NCBI GenBank assembly: GCA_041179525.1
Contig: JBEGTG010000001.1
Location: forward strand, 11,806-75,805
From: Bacteroidota bacterium
Lineage (GTDB): Bacteria; Bacteroidota; Bacteroidia; Flavobacteriales_D; Crocinitomicaceae
Length of the DNA: 64,000 bases
Direction of reading: 5' to 3'
How positions within the stretch are numbered: the first letter of the stretch is position 1; every line of letters starts with the position of its first letter. The notes beneath the pieces are model-generated. The model saw nothing but the letters and a program-made list of their open reading frames with translations. It was not told the DNA's origin and made no database searches. The position numbers and the translations under genes were made by a program. Positions 56,207 through 64,000 of the stretch are shown piece by piece.

Positions 56207-57745
56207 TTATTTAATGCGAATGCGCTGCCCGATGTCGATGCTGTTCACCTTTACGCCCGGATTGAGGCGTTGCAATTGGGCTTGTGTGAGGTTGTTGCGC
56301 TGGGCAATTTTTCCGAAGGTGTCGCCGGCGCGAACGGTGTAATACTTTTTGACTGGAGGCGCTGGAGCTGGTGGAGTTGGCGCAGGGGTTGGTGTCACTT
56401 GAACCTGCGTTTGATTGGTGTAGATGGTCAACTTCTGCCCAACATAAATATTGGTGGTCCGCAGCGCATTCCACTCCATGAGTTGTTCGATAGAAACGTT
56501 GTAGCGCACTGCTATTTGTCGGAGATTTTCTCCACTCTTCACTTTGTGATACAAGAGGCTTGAAGTGGGTGGTGTATTGGTCTGAAGGGTGTCGGCAGGA
56601 GCTAAAAGTACGCCTGTAGAATCTCTTTGCGTGCTGTCTATAGGAGCAATAGGTTGGGCAACTACAATTGGCTTGGGATGATAAATTACGTCTTCGAGCA
56701 AATAAAGTGAATCTTCGTAACTGACCAACAAGCCAATTTTCTCCATTGGGCCCGTTACGCAACGAGCAGGTGTCATTTTTGGAATATAGGTGGTCTTGTA
56801 GACAGGATTGAGGCTCTGTATTTCGGACAGTTCCCAACCGACAAGTTGGGCAATTGTTTGCATGTGTACCCCACTTTTAACGCACATGGTGTCGAGTTGT
56901 GCATTGTGTATTTTAGCCTCCATCGGAATGATGTTGTATTCCGCATGGTAGGTCATCATGTAGGCAGCCGCAATAAAGTTCGGAACGTAACCTTGGGTTT
57001 CTGCAGGTAAAAATGGCCGCACCTCCCAGTAGGTTTTTTTGCCGCCCGATTTACGAATCGCATGATTGACATTACCTGGACCTGCGTTGTAGGCTGCGAG
57101 TGCTAAATTCCAGTCGCCATAGATACCGTAGAGTTGCTTGAGGTAACGGCAAGCTGCATCGGTGGCTTTTTCTGGGTCCATGCGCTCATCTATGTAGGAG
57201 TTTTCCTCCAAACCAAAATAGAGTCCGGTTTTGTACATGAACTGCCACAAGCCGAGCGCGCCTGCCCGAGATTTGACTTGCGGACGCAAACCACTTTCAA
57301 TGACGGATAAAAAACGAAGCTCTAAGGGCAAGCCATATTCTGTGAGTTTTTCCTCAAAGAGATCAAAATACAGCGCTGAGCGGCCGAGTGCTACGCGAAT
57401 AAAACCGCGGCGTTGGGCAGCAAAAAATTTGATGGTCGAGAGTGTGGCCGCATTGCAGTCGAGCTGAAATGGCGTGAGCTCGTTCATTTTGGCCAAACGC
57501 GCACATATTACCGAATCGGAAAAACTTGGGATTTGCCCGGGTGCGTAATTGAGCGCTGTAATAATGGAATCGTAATTGTTAGAATTGGCGTATTCCGTAA
57601 AAAACAATTGAAGACTCTGCTGTACAGTATTGACAAATGGATCTGGGTCAAGGGAATCAGAAGGCCGCACTAAATGCGCTGGTTTTTGTCCAAAAACAGA
57701 TGAAGACAAGCTGAATAGCAACAAAAAGCTCAGCCATTTCATCAT
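56207..57745 (-). CDS. Lytic transglycosylase (SLT domain) with C-terminal LysM repeats
   Basis: ESGLRP...AGALGLWQFM and AYNAGPGNV. LysM units YHKVKSGENLRQIAVRYNV and YTVRAGDTFGKIAQRNNL. Confidence 0.8.
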   Translation of the reverse strand: MMKWLSFLLLFSLSSSVFGQKPAHLVRPSDSLDPDPFVNTVQQSLQLFFTEYANSNNYDSIITALNYAPGQIPSFSDSVICARLAKMNELTPFQLDCNAATLSTIKFFAAQRRGFIRVALGRSALYFDLFEEKLTEYGLPLELRFLSVIESGLRPQVKSRAGALGLWQFMYKTGLYFGLEENSYIDERMDPEKATDAACRYLKQLYGIYGDWNLALAAYNAGPGNVNHAIRKSGGKKTYWEVRPFLPAETQGYVPNFIAAAYMMTYHAEYNIIPMEAKIHNAQLDTMCVKSGVHMQTIAQLVGWELSEIQSLNPVYKTTYIPKMTPARCVTGPMEKIGLLVSYEDSLYLLEDVIYHPKPIVVAQPIAPIDSTQRDSTGVLLAPADTLQTNTPPTSSLLYHKVKSGENLRQIAVRYNVSIEQLMEWNALRTTNIYVGQKLTIYTNQTQVQVTPTPAPTPPAPAPPVKKYYTVRAGDTFGKIAQRNNLTQAQLQRLNPGVKVNSIDIGQRIRIK

Positions 57746-59145
57746 AGGACTTCTTGTGTTTTTTGGGCAGCGTGAAAAAGTAAATCTTCTTCAAAATCAC
57801 GTGCCATTAACTGAATACCGAAAGGCAAGCCATTGCTATGTACGCCAAAAGGCAAGCTGATAGCTGGATTGCCTGTTAGGTTTGCATGAACGGTAAAGAT
57901 ATCCTGCAAGTACATTTGAATCGGGTCTTTGACCGCGTTCATTTCAAAGGCTGTAGTTGGCGTAGTTGGCGACAAGAGTACGTCGCATTCGTTCAATAGC
58001 GCTGAGGTGCGGTCTTTGAGGATGCGGCGAACTTGCTGTCCTTTGGTGTAATAAGCATCGTAGTAGCCGTGTGAGAGCACAAAAGTACCTGTCATGATGC
58101 GGCGTTGCACCTCAGGGCCAAAGCCTTCGCTGCGCGATTTAACGTAAGTTTGCTCCACACCTTTTGCTTCAGCACTTCTGTAACCATAATGCACGCCATC
58201 AAAGCGCGACAAATTAGAGGAAGCTTCTGCGGTGGTAAGGACGTAATAGGTAGGAACCATGTAGTCTAGGAAAGGAAAACTCACCTCGATGATTTCATGT
58301 CCTTTTGCACTCAGGTCGGCAAGTGTTTGTTGTAATTTTTCTTTGATCTCGATGTCCAAACCAGGGTGATGCAGGCATTCTGCCATCACACCAATCTTGA
58401 GCTTTTCAGGTAAATTGGTGCGGGTTTTGTTGTCTAAACTAGAGCTCGTTGCGTCGTAGGGATCTTGACCTACGGTAAGTGACATCAAAAGTTGGGTATC
58501 GGCCAAGCTATTGGTAAAAAACCCAATTTGATCAAACGAGGACGCATAAGCAATTAGACCATAGCGGCTGAGGCGGCCATAAGTTGGCTTGATGCCAAAA
58601 GTGCCCGTCCAGGAAGCTGGTTGGCGCACAGAGCCACCTGTATCAGAACCTAATGTGGCCGTACACAAATGTGCAGAAACTGCAACAGCGCTGCCTCCAG
58701 AGGATCCGCCGGGTACGTAGTTGGGTTTCCAGTTGTTGTGAACTGGGCCAAAAGCAGAGTTTTCATTGGAGCTACCCATTGCGAATTCATCGCAGTTGAG
58801 GCGGCCAATGATAATAGCGTCTTGGTCGATGAGGTGTTGTAAAACGGTTGAGGTATAAATAGACTCAAAGCCCTCAAGGATTTTAGATGCTGCACTTACT
58901 TTGTGGTCTTTGTAACAGATGTTGTCTTTGATGCCGATAATGACACCCGCCAACTGACCTGCTGTGCCGGCTTGAATTTTTTGATCGACTAATTGTGCTT
59001 GAGCACGTGCTGAATCGGTAAAAACTTCGAGAAAAGCATTGAGATGCGCGTGCGCTTCTATACGGACAAGGTGCTCCTCAACGAGGTCCAATGCCGTTTT
59101 GCCAGAATGCAAGGCGTTCTGAATCTCTGCGATTGTACGGTACAT
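57742..59145 (-). CDS. gatA: Glutamyl-tRNA(Gln) amidotransferase subunit A
   Basis: Amidase signature GGSSGGSAVAV...GSDTGGSVRQPA. Confidence 0.92.
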   Translation of the reverse strand: MYRTIAEIQNALHSGKTALDLVEEHLVRIEAHAHLNAFLEVFTDSARAQAQLVDQKIQAGTAGQLAGVIIGIKDNICYKDHKVSAASKILEGFESIYTSTVLQHLIDQDAIIIGRLNCDEFAMGSSNENSAFGPVHNNWKPNYVPGGSSGGSAVAVSAHLCTATLGSDTGGSVRQPASWTGTFGIKPTYGRLSRYGLIAYASSFDQIGFFTNSLADTQLLMSLTVGQDPYDATSSSLDNKTRTNLPEKLKIGVMAECLHHPGLDIEIKEKLQQTLADLSAKGHEIIEVSFPFLDYMVPTYYVLTTAEASSNLSRFDGVHYGYRSAEAKGVEQTYVKSRSEGFGPEVQRRIMTGTFVLSHGYYDAYYTKGQQVRRILKDRTSALLNECDVLLSPTTPTTAFEMNAVKDPIQMYLQDIFTVHANLTGNPAISLPFGVHSNGLPFGIQLMARDFEEDLLFHAAQKTQEVL

Positions 59146-59149
59146 GCAG

Positions 59150-59335
59150 TTATTTTTCTTCTTTAGAAATTTCAGTAGAAGTTTCTGCTGTAGTGCTTTC
59201 GCCCTTAGAAGCGTCTTTGAATTCTTTAACGCCTTTTCCGAGACCTTTCATGAGTTCAGGGATTTTTTTGCCGCCAAAGAATAATAAAACAATTGCAAGG
59301 ATGAGGATGATTTCAGTTGGTCCGAATTTGCCCAT
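59150..59335 (-). CDS. tatA: Twin-arginine translocase TatA/E
   Basis: 61 aa. [33 protein letters not shown]. Confidence 0.85.
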   Translation of the reverse strand: MGKFGPTEIILILAIVLLFFGGKKIPELMKGLGKGVKEFKDASKGESTTAETSTEISKEEK

Positions 59336-59391
59336 AATTTCTTTATTTATTGTCCTACAAAGCTAACTAAAAATAGCTTTGCACTTGGGGT

Positions 59392-62136
59392 TTATAATTT
59401 TCTTGCCACTTCTACTTCTTCATAAGCTTCAATGATATCTCCAATTTTGATATCGTTGAATTTATCGATGTTCAGACCGCATTCATAGTTGTTTTTGACT
59501 TCCTTGACATCGTCTTTGAAACGCTTGAGAGAGCCTAAGACGCCTGAATGAACCACAATTCCGTCGCGAATGAGGCGGATTTTGGAGCTGCGCTTGATGA
59601 TACCGTCGAGGACATAACAACCCGCAATGGTACCGACTTTCGTGATATCAAAAGTTTCGCGTACTTCGGCAGAACCAAGTACTTTCTCTTCGATGTCTGG
59701 TGACAACATGCCTTCCATTGCCGCTTTGATCTCTTCAATAGCCTTGTAGATAATGGAGTACATTCGGATATCGATTTGCTCAGTTTCGGCCAATTTACGC
59801 GCCGATAAAGTCGGACGAACCTGGAAGCCAACAATGATAGCGTCGGATGCGGATGCCAAGTTGACATCGGCCTCAGTAATGGCACCCACTCCTTTGTGAA
59901 CGATATTGATCTGAATTTCTTCAGTAGACAAGTTAAGTAAGGAATCAGAAAGTGCTTCAATAGAGCCATCGACGTCACCTTTAACGATGATATTGAGTTC
60001 TTTGAAGTCTCCGATAGCCAAACGACGTCCGATTTCGTCGAGGGTGATGTGCTTGGTGGTGCGCAAACCTTGCTCGCGGTAAAGTTGCTCGCGTTTTTGT
60101 GCAATAGATTTTGCTTCTTTTTCGTCGTCGAGGACATTGAATTTGTCTCCGGCGCTAGGGGCACCGTTGATCCCTAAAACGGATACAGGTTGTGCAGGAC
60201 CAGCTTCTTTGAGCGGCTGTCCGTGTTCGTCTTGCATGGCGCGAACGCGGCCGTAATAACGACCCACGAGAATGACATCGCCAATGCGCATTGTACCGGC
60301 TTCGACAAGCATGTTGGTGACGTAACCCTTTCCTTTATCCAAAGAAGATTCAATAACGGTACCTACCGCATTTTTCGATGGATTGGCTTTGAGGTCGAGG
60401 AGTTCTGCTTCGAGGAGAACTTTGTCGAGGAGTGCGTCAATGTTGAGGTTCTGTCTTGCAGAAATTTCTTGAACTTGGTATTTACCTCCCCAGTCTTCGA
60501 CGAGGATGTTCATGGCAGAAAGTTGTTCGCGGATGCGGTCTGGGTTAGCTCCTGGTTTGTCGATTTTGTTGATCGCAAAAATCATTGGAACATTTGCAGC
60601 CTGCGCATGCGAAATGGCTTCTTTGGTTTGTGGCATGACGTCGTCGTCAGCGGCTACAATAATGATGGCAACGTCAGTGACCTGCGCACCGCGTGCACGC
60701 ATCGCCGTAAAGGCTTCGTGACCTGGTGTATCGAGGAAGGTCATTTTACGGTTATCCTTGAGCGTAACAGAATACGCACCGATGTGCTGCGTGATTCCTC
60801 CGGCTTCACCCTCTGTGACGTTGGCGTTACGGATGCGGTCAAGTAAGGATGTTTTACCGTGGTCAACGTGACCCATGACAGTAATGATCGGCGGACGCGA
60901 GATGAGGTCTTCGGGTTGGTCTTCGATGACCGTAATGGCATCTTGCAACTCGGCGCTGATGAATTCGGTGTCAAAACCAAATTCGTCGGCCACAATTTGA
61001 ATGGTCTCGGCGTCTAGTCGTTGGTTGATAGAAGCAAAAATACCCAAGGACATACATACAGAGATGACCTGCGTAGGTTGTATGTTCATCATGGATGCCA
61101 ACTCAGAAACGGTAACAAACTCTGTGAGCTTGAGTGTTTTCTCTTCGAGTTCGGCCATAGCCATTTCTTCTTGGCGACGTTGTGCGTAGTTATCGCGCTT
61201 TTGACGGCGATTTTTGGATGCTTTAGACTTACCACCTTGGTTAGATAAGCGCGCAAGGGTGTCTTTGATCTCTTTTTGAATGTCTTGCTCAGAGATTTCG
61301 GCTTTCGCTGCTTTGGGCTTGTTAGCCGTATTTGCCGTGTTGCCTACCTCTACCTTCTTAATGCGCTTGCGCTTGCGCTTATTGTTGGCATCTTCTGAAG
61401 AAGAGGCAACTGGCGTGCGCGGACGCTCTACAGGTAGTTCAATTTTACCCAATACAGTTGGGCCAGAAAGTGTCTGGCGAGCAACGCGAATGGTTTCGAT
61501 TTCAGGTGATTTTGCCTCAGCCGGTTCTTCGACCTTCGGTGCAGGATCCGGTGCTGCAACTGGAGCAGCGACAGGAGCTTTAGGGGCAACTGGTGCAGCC
61601 TCAACTGGCTTTTCTGGTGTTTTATCTTTTTTCTTGTCTGGACGCGTGCGTTGGTTGATGGCATCTAGGTCGATTTTACCAACTACGTTAACTTTATTTT
61701 CTGAAGGCGCGGGAGCTTCTTCTGCGCTAGGCGCGGGAGCTTCTTGAACAGGAGCAGCCTCGACGACTTCTTCGACTTTAGGCTCAGGAGCTTTTTGCGG
61801 GGTTTCGCTCAAGACCTGACGCTTGATTTCTTCGAGATTGATATCTTCTTCATCCTCGTCGTCTACAACTGGAGTCGGATTTACTTCTTCTTGTATTTTG
61901 TCTTTCAAAGATAAAGACTCTCGCTTCTCGCGACGCAAAGCAGACTTAGACTGCTCTTTCATGCTTTGGTCTGCAGCGTATTCTTGGCATAGAATATCAT
62001 AATGCTCCTGCTCCAAACGCGAAGTTGGAGTGGGGTCTATGACAATGCCTTTTGAACCCAAGAACTCGACGATTGTCGGTATTCCTACATTCAATTCTCC
62101 TGCTGCTTTTCCTAAACGAATCGGTTTTCCCGCCAT
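59392..62136 (-). CDS. infB: Translation initiation factor IF-2
   Basis: [25 protein letters not shown]. Ala/Pro-rich N-terminal region. Confidence 0.95.
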   Translation of the reverse strand: MAGKPIRLGKAAGELNVGIPTIVEFLGSKGIVIDPTPTSRLEQEHYDILCQEYAADQSMKEQSKSALRREKRESLSLKDKIQEEVNPTPVVDDEDEEDINLEEIKRQVLSETPQKAPEPKVEEVVEAAPVQEAPAPSAEEAPAPSENKVNVVGKIDLDAINQRTRPDKKKDKTPEKPVEAAPVAPKAPVAAPVAAPDPAPKVEEPAEAKSPEIETIRVARQTLSGPTVLGKIELPVERPRTPVASSSEDANNKRKRKRIKKVEVGNTANTANKPKAAKAEISEQDIQKEIKDTLARLSNQGGKSKASKNRRQKRDNYAQRRQEEMAMAELEEKTLKLTEFVTVSELASMMNIQPTQVISVCMSLGIFASINQRLDAETIQIVADEFGFDTEFISAELQDAITVIEDQPEDLISRPPIITVMGHVDHGKTSLLDRIRNANVTEGEAGGITQHIGAYSVTLKDNRKMTFLDTPGHEAFTAMRARGAQVTDVAIIIVAADDDVMPQTKEAISHAQAANVPMIFAINKIDKPGANPDRIREQLSAMNILVEDWGGKYQVQEISARQNLNIDALLDKVLLEAELLDLKANPSKNAVGTVIESSLDKGKGYVTNMLVEAGTMRIGDVILVGRYYGRVRAMQDEHGQPLKEAGPAQPVSVLGINGAPSAGDKFNVLDDEKEAKSIAQKREQLYREQGLRTTKHITLDEIGRRLAIGDFKELNIIVKGDVDGSIEALSDSLLNLSTEEIQINIVHKGVGAITEADVNLASASDAIIVGFQVRPTLSARKLAETEQIDIRMYSIIYKAIEEIKAAMEGMLSPDIEEKVLGSAEVRETFDITKVGTIAGCYVLDGIIKRSSKIRLIRDGIVVHSGVLGSLKRFKDDVKEVKNNYECGLNIDKFNDIKIGDIIEAYEEVEVARKL

Positions 62137-62169
62137 AATGTACTGTTGCGCTCCTTATTGGTATTAAAG

Positions 62170-63405
62170 TTATTCAAATTCCGCTCTCAAAATACGGAAT
62201 ACTTCTTCGATGGTTTCTTTTTCGAGATCTGTTCTTGATACGAGGTCATCGATACTGATTTCAAGCACTGATTTTGCGGTATCGCAACCAATGGCCTTGA
62301 GCTCATCGATGATCCAGCTATCGATCTCATCTGCAAATTCTTCGAGGTCGACGTCTTCGATATCGACTTCACCATCTCTGTACACATCGATTTCAAAGCC
62401 ACATAATTTGCCAGCAAGCTTGATGTTGTTTCCGCCTTTACCAATGGCCAAGGAAACTTGGTCTGGCTTCAGGAAGACTTTAACGCGTTTTTCATCTTCT
62501 AAGATTTCCATAGAGGTGATCTTAGCCGGCGAAAGCGAACGCTGAATAAGCAATTGTTGATTTGATGTATAGTTGATGACGTCGATGTTTTCATTGCGGA
62601 GCTCGCGGACAATTCCGTGAATTCTCGAGCCTTTCATACCGACACAAGCACCAACTGGGTCAATGCGGTCATCGTAAGACTCCACTGCTACTTTCGCGCG
62701 CTCTCCTGGTTCACGGACGATCTTTTTGATGGTGATCAGACCGTCAAAGACTTCTGGAACTTCTAATTCGAACAAACGCTCTAAGAATTCTGGAGCAGTG
62801 CGTGAAAGGATAATGACAGGGGTGCTGTTGCGCATGTCAACTTTTGCAACAACTGCGCGTACGGATTCTCCTTTTTTGAAGAAATCAGATGGGATTTGCT
62901 CTGATTTTGGCAAAATGAGCTCGTTGTTGTCGTCGTCCATGATGAGGATTTCTTTTTTCCAAACTTGGTAGACTTCGCCGGTAACGATTTCGCCGATGCG
63001 CTCTTTGTACTTGTTGTAAAGTTGGTCTTTTTCAAGCTCCATGATGCGCGAAATGAGGTTTTGACGCAAAGCCAAAACATTGCGACGACCAAAATCGGCA
63101 AATTTGAATTCTTCCGTTACTTCTTCACCGATTTCAAAATCTGGCTCGATTTTGATGGCATCTGAATAAGCAATTTCCGTATTCGGATCTTCAACTTCAC
63201 CGTCATCTACGATTTCTTTATTCAAGAAAATCTGAACGTCTCCCTTATCGATATTGACAACGATATCGATGTGTTCGTCGGTGTTGAACTTCTTTTTGAG
63301 CATGGCACGAAAGACGTCTTCGAGGACGTGCTGCATCGTTTGTTTGTCAATATTTTTTAGTTCCTTAAACTCCGAAAATGAGTCAACAAGTTCCAAACTG
63401 TTCAT
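62170..63405 (-). CDS. nusA: Transcription termination/antitermination factor NusA
   Basis: S1 and KH domains (GACVGMKGSRI, AIGKGGNNIKLA). Position between rimP and infB. Confidence 0.95.
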   Translation of the reverse strand: MNSLELVDSFSEFKELKNIDKQTMQHVLEDVFRAMLKKKFNTDEHIDIVVNIDKGDVQIFLNKEIVDDGEVEDPNTEIAYSDAIKIEPDFEIGEEVTEEFKFADFGRRNVLALRQNLISRIMELEKDQLYNKYKERIGEIVTGEVYQVWKKEILIMDDDNNELILPKSEQIPSDFFKKGESVRAVVAKVDMRNSTPVIILSRTAPEFLERLFELEVPEVFDGLITIKKIVREPGERAKVAVESYDDRIDPVGACVGMKGSRIHGIVRELRNENIDVINYTSNQQLLIQRSLSPAKITSMEILEDEKRVKVFLKPDQVSLAIGKGGNNIKLAGKLCGFEIDVYRDGEVDIEDVDLEEFADEIDSWIIDELKAIGCDTAKSVLEISIDDLVSRTDLEKETIEEVFRILRAEFE

Positions 63406-63410
63406 GGTGC

Positions 63411-63887
63411 TTATTTAAATGAAATTACAATTTTTGCTTCTTTTATTTGGTTGTAGGGCAGTTCGATAAATTCTTCTACCCAAACTTTTTTCTTTTTTGC
63501 TTCGTCTCGCTTTTGAATTCGTTGTTTAAAAACAAGATTTTCATCGGACATTTTCAATAACTCGGCCTCAAACTGTTCGCCAGATTCAGGTGTAACCTTA
63601 AAACTACGGCCTACGTTTTTGGCAAACTGATTGATATGGCGAATTGGTTTGTCTAAACCTGCAGACGAAACATGGAGTTCGAAATCGGCTTGTTCGCGAT
63701 CGAGGTTGTGTTCGATGTTGCGCGAAACGGACATGCAATCGTGGACACTTACGCCGCCTTTGAGCTTGTCTAATTCTACGTGAATGACATTGGTTGGCGA
63801 AATGCGCAAATCGACAACATAGAGGCCGTTATCTAGCTCGGCTATACGTTCGTCAATGAGTGCTTGTATCAACTTTTGGTCTAACAT
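63411..63887 (-). CDS. rimP: Ribosome maturation factor RimP
   Basis: 158 aa, first gene of the rimP-nusA-infB operon. Contains LEL.VSSAGLDKP. Confidence 0.9.
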   Translation of the reverse strand: MLDQKLIQALIDERIAELDNGLYVVDLRISPTNVIHVELDKLKGGVSVHDCMSVSRNIEHNLDREQADFELHVSSAGLDKPIRHINQFAKNVGRSFKVTPESGEQFEAELLKMSDENLVFKQRIQKRDEAKKKKVWVEEFIELPYNQIKEAKIVISFK

Positions 63888-63920
63888 ATTGTTCAGTTCT
63901 TAACTTTGCGGTGCTTAGAG

Positions 63921-63947
63921 AAAAAAAGAGGGGACTTGCGTCCCCTC
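63921..63947 (-). terminator. Rho-independent terminator of an upstream minus-strand gene outside the window
   Basis: On the minus strand: gaggggac-gcaa-gtcccctc, followed by a 7-T run. Confidence 0.55.
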
Positions 63948-64000
63948 GTTCCTATCATCCACAAATGTGATGCAAATATAGGCATTTTAAATTAATCCAC

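Noticed and set aside
56211-56837. 208-aa same-strand alternative-frame ORF inside the LysM transglycosylase gene
   Set aside because: The main frame encodes recognisable LysM and SLT motifs, whereas the alternative frame is Arg/Ser/His-rich nonsense.
59358-59381. 8-bp hairpin caaagcta/tagctttg between infB and tatA
   Set aside because: It has an AT-rich 8-nt loop and no U run on the coding strand. It could be an RNA processing or attenuation site, but the evidence is too weak to call.
60190-60846. 218-aa antisense ORF and 209-aa alternative-frame ORF (59535-60164) within infB
   Set aside because: infB is unambiguous from its GTPase motifs, and the overlapping ORFs have implausible composition.
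1-64000. Searched for CRISPR arrays, tRNA/rRNA/tmRNA genes, transposases, integrases, phage modules and toxin-antitoxin or known defence genes
   Set aside because: No regularly spaced direct repeats outside coding low-complexity regions. All intergenic gaps are 214 nt or shorter and show no cloverleaf-like structure. No ORF carries DDE, tyrosine-recombinase or phage structural motifs recognisable by eye.

Overview
Gene-dense chromosomal segment with about 57 CDS and mostly short intergenic spacers. It reads as Bacteroidota, probably Flavobacteriia-like. Supporting signals are type A and type B T9SS C-terminal sorting domains, a PorP/SprF gene, a fused MurF-alanine racemase, a DUF4286-rsmA pair, a bactofilin-AtpZ pair and exact TAnnTTTG -7 boxes. 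Most of the window is core housekeeping: lpdA, hutI, rsmA, nadD, gmk, mfd, exbBD, fbp, tdk, leuS, gatA, tatA and rimP-nusA-infB. I found no rRNA, tRNA, CRISPR array, transposase, integrase, phage gene or recognisable defence gene. The only accessory-looking stretch is about 28.1-39.9 kb, which holds only envelope, secreted and signalling genes. It contains a CotH/TSP3 type B T9SS cargo with its PorP/SprF partner, then a lipoprotein plus DUF2490 barrel. Next comes a minus-strand array that I rank as the best candidate for an undescribed system. In that array, two clearly paralogous predicted outer-membrane barrel proteins each sit 2-3 nt from a cytoplasmic signalling gene. One partner is a BetR-like HTH regulator and the other is a membrane class III adenylate cyclase fused to an HD domain. 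Between the two pairs lie an LpoB/CsgG-like-domain barrel protein and a decayed relic of a third paralog. A CarH-type (Wx9EH plus DxHxxG) B12 photoreceptor-like MerR regulator at 50.1 kb is a second notable item. All product calls come from motif recognition by eye; no database search, HMM or structure prediction was run. Several ORF-track starts are TTG or GTG, and I moved them to the nearest in-frame ATG where a signal peptide or conserved N-terminus supported it.
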